DNA from: Eledone cirrhosa
Lineage: Eukaryota
DNA: 64,000 nt
Reading direction: 5' to 3'
Assembly (NCBI GenBank): GCA_964016885.1
Contig: OZ024742.1
Location: 188,046,001 to 188,110,000 of the forward strand
Shown here piece by piece: positions 55,044-64,000 of this stretch. The notes below the pieces were generated by a model, which saw only the letters and a list, made by a program, of their open reading frames with translations, was not told the DNA's origin and did not search any database. The translations under genes were made by a program, and so were the position numbers. Numbering within the stretch: position 1 is the first letter of the stretch; each line of letters begins with the position of its first letter.

Positions 55044-57821
55044 CACTGGTGGAAGTTTATCAAATCCAATTTGGCAAGAAGCAACATTTGACAGCTTGTT
55101 TGTTCTCAGTGTTAATTAATATATTAATATGTATTTTGCTGTTTGTTTCTGTTTCTCTCCTTTTCTAGTTTCACTCATTTGTTACTGTATTTAGTGTGTG
55201 TTTTTAAATTTTACGGTCGATAGAATCTTTGTTGCATTAATGAACGACTATAATTTGCTGTTATTTAATCTGAAAGTGTTAGTAATGGACATAGGTCGTC
55301 CGTGCAAGCATTAGAGCCATTCATCCTTTAAGATAGTTAGAGTTCTCTTGTTGATTACGCTGATTCATCGGTGACTCATTAAACGGTTTTTGATACCACA
55401 TCACCTTAAACCAACCCTTGTTATATCGAGCTGTAATATTTCATAGTTCTTATATTAATCTGGGAACCTTCCATCATCATTTTATGAAAGAGATTATTAA
55501 GTTGAGTTTCAAACACAAGTTTAATACTGAGAGAAATCACTATATCCTTCCATAATTATTATTTACAAAATCATTAAAAAATGATACAGCATTTGTCCAT
55601 TAGAAATATGTTAACAAAATGGTTAATTCTATATAATTTATTACACAACGAATCGTTGAGAGAAGCTATTTATCAAATAGGATTATATAAATGGCATGTT
55701 TTTGATGGCAATGGCAATACCTTACTTCTACATATGCCATTCGAGCATAATGAGCATCCTGTTTGTGTAAAGGTCTAAGAAGCTTAGAGTGAGTTATTGT
55801 TTTAAATATATTATCCATTTTTGTGTAGGCCTGGACGAAGCCCGGACATTATCCCGATGTTATAGGCGAAAGGCGACTCTATGTACAAGACCTACGGGGA
55901 TGGGATATTTGTGCATTGCCAGCATGGACCTCCTTTATCACTGGTTCTTGTTTCCAGCTGAATGATAACCTAGAGAAATATGCAATAGTTTCTTGATGAA
56001 TGGTAAAACCTCGTACGGGATTTTGGAATTGAACTCATAACGAGTCTACACTGTAACCACTAATCTAACATTCTAACCACCTGTCTAACATTTTAATCAC
56101 GAGTCTAATATTAATTAAGTCCCCTGAAAGGTTTCGCTTCAGTTTTCTTTATGCATTTAGTTAGATCTCTCGTCTTCAGAAACAATATATTTTACATTGC
56201 AGAAAGAAATGTTTTAACCATGCTTGGGGAAATACCCACAAGGAATGTTTTACTCATATTTCCCCAAACATTAAAAATCATATTTTTGTTCGCTCTAGAA
56301 ACCTAACGTAAACATTAGTCCTAACATGAGATAGAAAAGATTTTGAGGATAGGCATTACCGTTCTTAAGTAACAATATTTATAGGAATTCTATTTATTTA
56401 ATAATATAAAGGTACTTAAGCAGAGGCTATTGAACATAAAATTAAAGTGTTCTTTACCATCAGCATCATTTCATTGGCAAAACAGAAGAATTGTTGATGT
56501 TATGTCAAATGGGTTCACCGAGAATTATTTTGTGGCTAAGTGAGAGCAAACCTTCAAGATACCATTGTATTGAATGTGTTTCACTTATGACTAATAATTT
56601 AGAAAGAACGATATCTTTCCTCATCTCCCACTTGATAGGTTCTGGATCTGGCAGCTAAATTTTAAATGCAGACTATTTCCTATCAGTGAAAACATTGACT
56701 TTGATAATTGGACGTTATGCTGATAAATGTCGACCTATTAAAGAATGTATATATATATCAATCAATATCATTTCCGAATTTACCAGAGGGTGTGTGTCAC
56801 TGTTTATATTGAACACATTCAGTAGCAATTATGTCTGAAGTGGATATGAAACTTGTGATGAAGAAATGAGAACTTCTGGCTTCATGAGAGCCATTAATGA
56901 GAGACAAATGAAATTAACGCTTTCTAAATGGGAATCAAAACATCGAAACTTTTCTTGAGGAATTCTATTTTAAGATATTTGTTCACATGCCAGATTTAAG
57001 TTTTTCCCAGTCCAGTAGTGTAAAAAAAGTGATGGACATCGGATCGACTTTCGACCTTTATTGTACTCTTATCAAAGGACATCTATATCACCAAACCAAC
57101 AAAGTAATATACGTATCAAAGGCAATATATAGCTTTTCAAATATAGTTACAATGCAATTTGCAGATTCTTAGGGATTATGTTAGTATGTATTAAGTTGTG
57201 CAATAATCCGCTGTAATATGCGAGAGGTGCATATTTTCTATATACAGAGTATATATCTCTACTGCGTGGATATATACATAAATACACACACTATACGCAT
57301 ATATATTTACATATGTCCTATCTATGTAGTGAGTTCGAGATTAGAAAAAAAAACAATGAATAATCTTACAGAAAATTGTGCGTGGAAGATTTTTAAAAGA
57401 AGAATGTAAATGTTTAAATATATTACAGCTTAGTGTTGTAAAACGAAGGGTGGTTTCATGTAGTGTGGCATCAAAAACTGTTTGATGAATCAGAGTAATC
57501 AGCAACTAAACACTAACTATCCTAAAAGGTGAATGGCTTTAATGCTTGCACGGACGCCCTATGCCCATTACTGACACTTTCAGATTAAATCACAGCGTAT
57601 TACACACTTTCATTAATGCAACGGGGAATTTATCGACCGCAAGACTTCAAAGCATGCTAAAAAACCACAAAGGCAGCAAAAGCAAACAGCAAAAATGAGG
57701 GAAACTAGAAAAGGGGACAACTATAAACAAACAGCAAAATATATGTTAATTAACATCGAGAACTAACAAGCTGTCTAAGGTTGCTTTTTTCCAAATTGGA
57801 TTTGAGAAATTTGCTCCATTA
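55044..57821. mobile_element. Old DNA transposon with ~300-bp imperfect TIRs (55044-~55345 / ~57510-57821)
   Basis: TCAAATCCAATTTGG..GACAGCTTGTT.GTTCTC..CGTCCGTGCAAGCATTA.AGCCATTCA mirrored at the right end; TA-rich flanks; no transposase recognised. Confidence 0.75.
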
Positions 57822-57848
57822 TATATATATATATATAATATTTATATA

Positions 57849-57929
<81 letters not shown>

Positions 57930-58345
57930 TCGGAGTGGGTGTTTGTGCATAAAAGGGAAGGGGAAAGAGAGGGAATGTTTTATGTATATGTGCTTATATA
58001 TATTCATACATATACATTGTAGGTTGTTTACATGGTTTTGTTGCCTTCTGGCAATACTTTGTACTTTAATTGCTGTATCAGCGTAAGGTTATTGCAACAA
58101 CATCCACAACAACAATACAAATCGACAGTAACAAGTAACTGTAGCAGTGTTGGTGAGAATAGTGATGGTAATGGTAGTGTTGTTGTTGGTGGTAATGGTA
58201 TTGGTGTTGGTGAGGTAATTTCACTCTTGCTGTTGGTCATAATATTACGATAATTCGATATCTTGTAATTTTTGAAAAAGCACATTGATACACTGATCCA
58301 GATAACGAATCCATTCCAATCTCGTGACCATTCCGCTATTTGCAT

Positions 58346-58378
<33 letters not shown>

Positions 58379-58500
58379 CCAAAATTAAGATAAATTAAAT
58401 GAATTTAATCCAAATCGAAATTGTGGGTGTCATGCCTTAACGGCGTGCGCCATATCGCCCGGAAAATAAGATCAAAGATTTTGTAAGTCCGAGCATTTTA

Positions 58501-58629
58501 TAATAACTAGAAATTGATTAACATATATATAAATAAATATAAACATGAATAATCACAGGAGATATCATCTCCTGTGATTATTCATGTTTATATTTATTTA
58601 TATATATGTTAATCAATTTCTAGTTATTA
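58501..58629. repeat. Perfect 63-bp-arm palindrome with 3-nt spacer
   Basis: 58501-58563 is the exact reverse complement of 58567-58629. Confidence 0.92.
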
Positions 58630-58736
58630 TATATATATATATATACATTCCCTAAGTATCGAGTACTCTGGTGCTGCATTATAGTCCATATGGTTCTTAA
58701 ACACACTTTCATTGTTATACATATATATATACAAAC

Positions 58737-58796
<60 letters not shown>

Positions 58797-58959
58797 CAGA
58801 AAGTGTTTTTTTTACAAAATGAAAAAAAACGAGGTGTCCTACACGAGTGAAAGTATAAGGAAAAAAGATGATATTGAAAATGCAACTGGAGTCATTAAGA
58901 AAAAAAAAAATATGTATATATATATTTATATATTTATATATGTATATATGTATATACAT

Positions 58960-59049
<90 letters not shown>

Positions 59050-59052
<3 letters not shown>

Positions 59053-59140
59053 AAAAAGTATGACCCCGACGGTAGAGCTCAAGCCGTTTCAACGGCTATT
59101 TCTGGACTGAAATAGTCCAGAAACAGCCGTCGAAACGGCT
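59050..59140. mobile_element. Family C fold-back copy showing the full putative stem II hairpin; tail fragment at 58648-58715
   Basis: ACGGCTATTTCTGGAC-TGAAATA-GTCCAGAAACAGCCGT-C-GAAACGGCTT. Confidence 0.75.
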
Positions 59141-59334
59141 TTTTTCTACTTGTTCCTAATTGTGTCACAAGGCCAGCAATTATCCTGTGTACTACTGGTA
59201 CTATATCTTATCGACCCCGTAAGGATGAAAGGCAAAGTTAACCACGGCAGGATTTGAACTCAGTCCGTTAAGGGAAGTAACTGTTCTGCAAAGCCTGGCG
59301 TCCGACCCTCTACCGATAATGCCAATCCACCGCC
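59141..59334 (-). mobile_element. tRNA-derived SINE (main family)
   Basis: Same core as other copies. Confidence 0.9.
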
Positions 59335-59345
59335 CTATATCTATA

Positions 59346-59648
<303 letters not shown>

Positions 59649-59965
59649 ATCATTGTTAAATAAATACATGAATGATGTAAACATTCAGACATTATAGACA
59701 GAGCAGCTGGTACTTGGTTGACAAGACAGTGAGGGATATGGTATTAATAAGCGTATATATTATTTATTAATAGCTTGACAAGGTCATACTTAACCCTTGT
59801 TCTCGTAGACATAATAGTATGAGTAACAGATACTACTACAACGCATCTGATGTGACAGCTGCTTTCAAATATGTTTACAAAACAACGGGCTACAGGTTGC
59901 GTGAAAACACTAATGTATATTTTTTCTGTGTTTTTTTCCTTTCCTTTCACGGCCTCTCTGTCACG

Positions 59966-60044
<79 letters not shown>

Positions 60045-60214
60045 GAGTGAGAAAGAGATTGAGAGAGAGTTTCATACGCTTAACATACATTTGCTACTAT
60101 TGGTTTCGGGCTCTAGTCATAAATACCACTCTATAATGGAGGAGGTTGTTATAAACTGGCCTATCATTGAGGCACGTGCCTGACGGGCCAGTTATATATA
60201 TATATATATATATA

Positions 60215-60847
60215 GTAGCTGAGGTACCCGGCTTCGCCCGGAAGAATAGAGAAGGCGGATAAAAGAGAAAACGACTGTAATGAATGTGTTCTCTGGTATG
60301 AGTTGAGACCATAATGTGTGGGTGTGTATGATTGTGTGTGAGAGAGACAACAAAACAATCATAAAACTTCCTTATTAGGCTGGGGGAGTAAACTCTCGGT
60401 TAAATAGTAGCATTGGCCTTGGATATTAAATGTTGTAAAATAACCATAGTCTGTATGATATTTTCCAGCTCCATCTGAAGCACAGCAATATACTGCATAA
60501 CATTGCTTCTGAAGTGTTTAGCTGTATTAGTACGGTCTGTAAGTAGTATATGGATAAAAGCTGAAGGGTAGATTAATTTCAAATAGAATCAATTTTTCTT
60601 TGTTCTGTAAAATCAAAGATTGTAAAACGACTTTATAAAAGATAACGCAATATTGTTAAAACTTCCTTTAGCTGAAAGGATATATAGTTTAAGCCGATTC
60701 TTGTCTCTCGTGGGACGTTACTCTCTCTCTCTCTGTCTCTCTCTGAATATTCAACACGTTAATTGTATCTCTCTCTATATAATGGTCTCTTTCTCTCTTT
60801 CTGCATCTCCCTCTATGTCTCTCTCTCCTTAGATGTGTGTGTATGTA

Positions 60848-60881
<34 letters not shown>

Positions 60882-60988
60882 TGTGTGTGTGTGTGTATGT
60901 GTGTGTGTGTGTGTGTGTGTGTTAGAGTAGATTTTGTGTGATTCAACCAACCAACCAATAAACATCTCTCTTTTATATTATATATAGC
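60215..60988 (-). mobile_element. Non-autonomous Helitron
   Basis: Minus strand starts CTATATATAATATAAAAGAGAGATGTTT..GAATCACACAAAATCTACT and ends CCGGGCGAAGCCGGG hairpin + TACCTCAGCTAC|T (CTAG-like). Confidence 0.65.
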
Positions 60989-61471
60989 TATATGATGGTT
61001 GCAACTCTATTTCGAGTAAAGCTATCACTTGACATTTAAGATGCCAGGTAACACGTGGTGATTGTCCTTGAACCTTGAGGCTTTGCACGGAGACACTGAA
61101 CATCGAATACATTTACCCAAACAGTAGAACTTCGCTACTATCATTAGATGCAAACAAAGTCGCAGGTTTTACATCGGTGACTGTCTCCCAAGGAGATATC
61201 TTAATGAAGACTAGGGGTCCCTTATTCTACTGGCCCACCCCTAAAATTTAGAAATTATTGCATGGCAGTTGACGCTGCTGAATTTCCGGTGAAGCTCTTT
61301 CCATAGAAAGAGCTATAGAAGAAAGGTATAAGCTAAACTAAGAATATTATGTGTACGACAAATGTGTATGTTGTTACATAACATGTGTATATGAGCAACA
61401 TGTATCTCTAGTGTTATGGATTCGAATGCTTATGTTATTTTTTAACGTGCTGTTGATTTTTTTTATATTAA

Positions 61472-61677
61472 CCCTTTAGCATTTAAACCGACCATATCCT
61501 GCCAGAATTCTCTCACCTCTTTCTGTTCAAACCGGTCATGACCAGCTGGTCATACTAATGTTAAGGTCTTTTTCTCAAAATATCATAGATTCCATATTAT
61601 GTGAGATAATTGTGTAAGATAAAGCCTTTACCGTGAAAGTATAATATTATATGTAGAATCATGTAAATGCTAAAGGG
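61472..61677. mobile_element. piggyBac-type MITE
   Basis: 14-bp TIRs CCCTTTAGCATTTA / TAAATGCTAAAGGG, TTAA TSD at 61468-61471 and 61678-61681. Confidence 0.88.
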
Positions 61678-62398
61678 TTAAATCTGCTTCACTCGCATTT
61701 AATTCGCCTTATTCATTATTACCAATATTTCCAGTTCTGTAATAATTCTATTTTCATTAGGAAAACACACGTTGTTATTAGAGTTACGTTAAAATTTGTA
61801 TTCATTATTTATAAATTTTATCCCGAGTTATATTTTTTTTCTTCATTCTCTCCGCCATCCAATTAAAACTTTCGAAATATGTCTCATAATACTAACTCAC
61901 TATTGTCATCACCAACAAGCACCATTCCGTTATCACCCACATGCGCACCGTCATCACTATCTACAATTAGTTATTGTAACACTTTAGAAATTTATTTGAA
62001 GTCAGTGGAAAGAAAAAAAAAATAGGGGAAAAAATCTATTGATTTCACATTATGTCAATTAGAATTTGATGTATTGTTTCTAATTATCTTTTCTCTTTCT
62101 ATTGTATTGGAGGGTAATTCATAACATAGTCAAACTCTCTGTTTACGCCCTGGACGTGATATGAAAGAATATCAATTACAACCAAATTTTGTCTTCATTT
62201 TCCATGTATATAGTGAGTGTTTAATATATTTTATATATATTCGTTATATATTTATATATAGAATATCATATGTACACACACACATATATATTTTATATTC
62301 TAGTCGATCGACTTTCATCAAATCGGACCGAGGAAACTATGTTTCCGTTGGTCTTTCCAATTGCTAATACTATCTATCGGTCGCAACTCCAGGTAGAA

Positions 62399-62519
62399 GG
62401 AGCAACGTGAAATAAAGTGTCTTGCTCAAGGACATAACGCATCGCCCGGACCAGGAATCGAACTCACAACCTCACGATTGTGAATCCAATACTCTAACCA
62501 CTCAGCCACACGCCTTCAC
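62399..62519 (-). mobile_element. CORE-type SINE 5' part
   Basis: Minus strand TGGCTGAGTGG (A box), GAGTTCGATTCC (B box), TGTCCTTGAGCAAGACACTTT (CORE-like). Confidence 0.8.
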
Positions 62520-62659
62520 TATAAATATATATATATATATGAATTATATAGGTATATATACATATCTATAGAAATATATAATGTATATGTGTATATATAT
62601 ATTTGCATATATATATGCATATTTATATAAAATATCACACACACACGCGCACATACAAA

Positions 62660-62754
<95 letters not shown>

Positions 62755-63241
62755 GTATATATATATATATCGCTACTAAACACAACCAGGGTGTGATTTT
62801 GTTTTAAATCGCCTGGCATACTGTTATTTTCTAGGTGAAAATAAGAATATTAAGTTGATTGCTCTCTTCGTTTTCTTTTAAATCTAATTTGGAACTAGAC
62901 GTATATATTTCCTACTCAATAGGTCACCCTACTTCTGCACTGAATAGATTAGCCAAAACCCTTCGGTGCGTTTTCTCCACTTGAACGTATGTTTGGAATT
63001 CTATCCTCTGCGTTGTACCTCTTCATAATAACCAACATATTTAACTGATTACATGAGACATGTCAGTGGAGTTGATTCCATGGAAAATAACAGCTACTTG
63101 GATTCTTAAATTGAGAATTATTTGCGATAAATCTTCATACAATTCTACTTGGAACCGATAAAACCTCTTTACAATGTTAAAAATATTTATATTAAAATTG
63201 AAATATCCCATTAGGGATTATAATCTAATATTAAGCAGCGA

Positions 63242-63462
63242 AGGACGATGGATTGGCAGAGCGTCGGACATCAAGCTGTGTGTAATAGAGTAACGGCCCT
63301 TTACGTTCTGAGTTCAAATACCACAGGAGTTAGCTTTGCCTTTCATCCTTACGGGATTGATATGATAAAGTACCAGTAGTGCACTGAAGTCGATTTAATC
63401 TACTTTCCCTTTCACCCTTTCACCCAAATTGTAAGCATTGATTCTAAAGCAGAAACTATTAT
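63242..63462 (+). mobile_element. tRNA-derived SINE (main family), older long form
   Basis: GGATTGGCAG..GAGTTCAAATA..CTTTGCCTTTCATCCTTACGGG..GTACCAGT plus extra GTCGATTTAATC..CCC segment. Confidence 0.85.
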
Positions 63463-64000
63463 TAAGCAGTGATTTCTTACATAATTATGTAAAAAAAAAC
63501 ATTGTTTCAACCCCCTGCTTAATAAATACGCTCAATGTTAGTTAAACTACTAGTATCACAGAATAATTTATTTATATTCAACACTAATTTTAAATCATAA
63601 CCGGTGTATTTCATGAGATATATGACAATTACTTATTAATCAAAATGGCTTCGGTTAAGTTTCAAAATGTATTGCACTTTGCAATACGGTAGGACACTTT
63701 CGAAAATGTGGTCCCTGATACAATCTACCTGATGAGATAAACAAAAACAAATTTCAACGTTGTATGGATTTCTAATCGTAGGTATATTATGTTACAGAAG
63801 TCCTAGGGTTGAACAAACAAGAACCGACTACTTACGAGTCGTATAACTTGTATCATTGTTTACCTCGCAATGGTTGCTTTGCATTCATTTTGCCTTTTCA
63901 AAATTTAGTTGAATCTACTTCAAATAAATCGTATCTGTTTTATAGTGAAGTTCGTCTTGCGAAATATGAATCACAATAGAAAGATATTTGATTTTTGTTG

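Noticed and set aside
62399-62519. Possible tRNA gene
   Set aside because: A and B boxes run into a SINE core and no full cloverleaf is evident

Overview
AT-rich, microsatellite-saturated eukaryotic DNA with no recognisable host protein-coding gene; almost all ORFs in the track are (TA)n/(CA)n/(GA)n artefacts. The SINE families and repeat style suggest an octopod cephalopod (inference). Contents: (i) degenerate Penelope-like element (PLE) RT/GIY-YIG coding remnants (15.3-16.8 kb, 23.6-23.9 kb, 36.4-36.8 kb); (ii) RTE-clade LINE fragments, one with a twin-priming-type inversion; (iii) Helitron remnants, including a Pif1 helicase C-terminus; (iv) MITE-like DNA transposons, including a piggyBac-type one with TTAA TSDs; (v) about 13 copies of a tRNA-derived SINE and several CORE-type SINEs. 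The most striking unannotated signal is about 25 hand-folded type-I hammerhead ribozyme (HHR) motifs from many unrelated (TA)n-embedded repeat families, mostly in fold-back (inverted) insertions. They include a retrozyme-like tandem array at 17.9-19.65 kb with a 320-nt cleavage-to-cleavage monomer, a long bulged stem I, a compensatory stem II change and a non-canonical U3-A8 core, plus recurrent U4C core variants in three unrelated families. All folds and translations were done by eye; no activity or database evidence is available.
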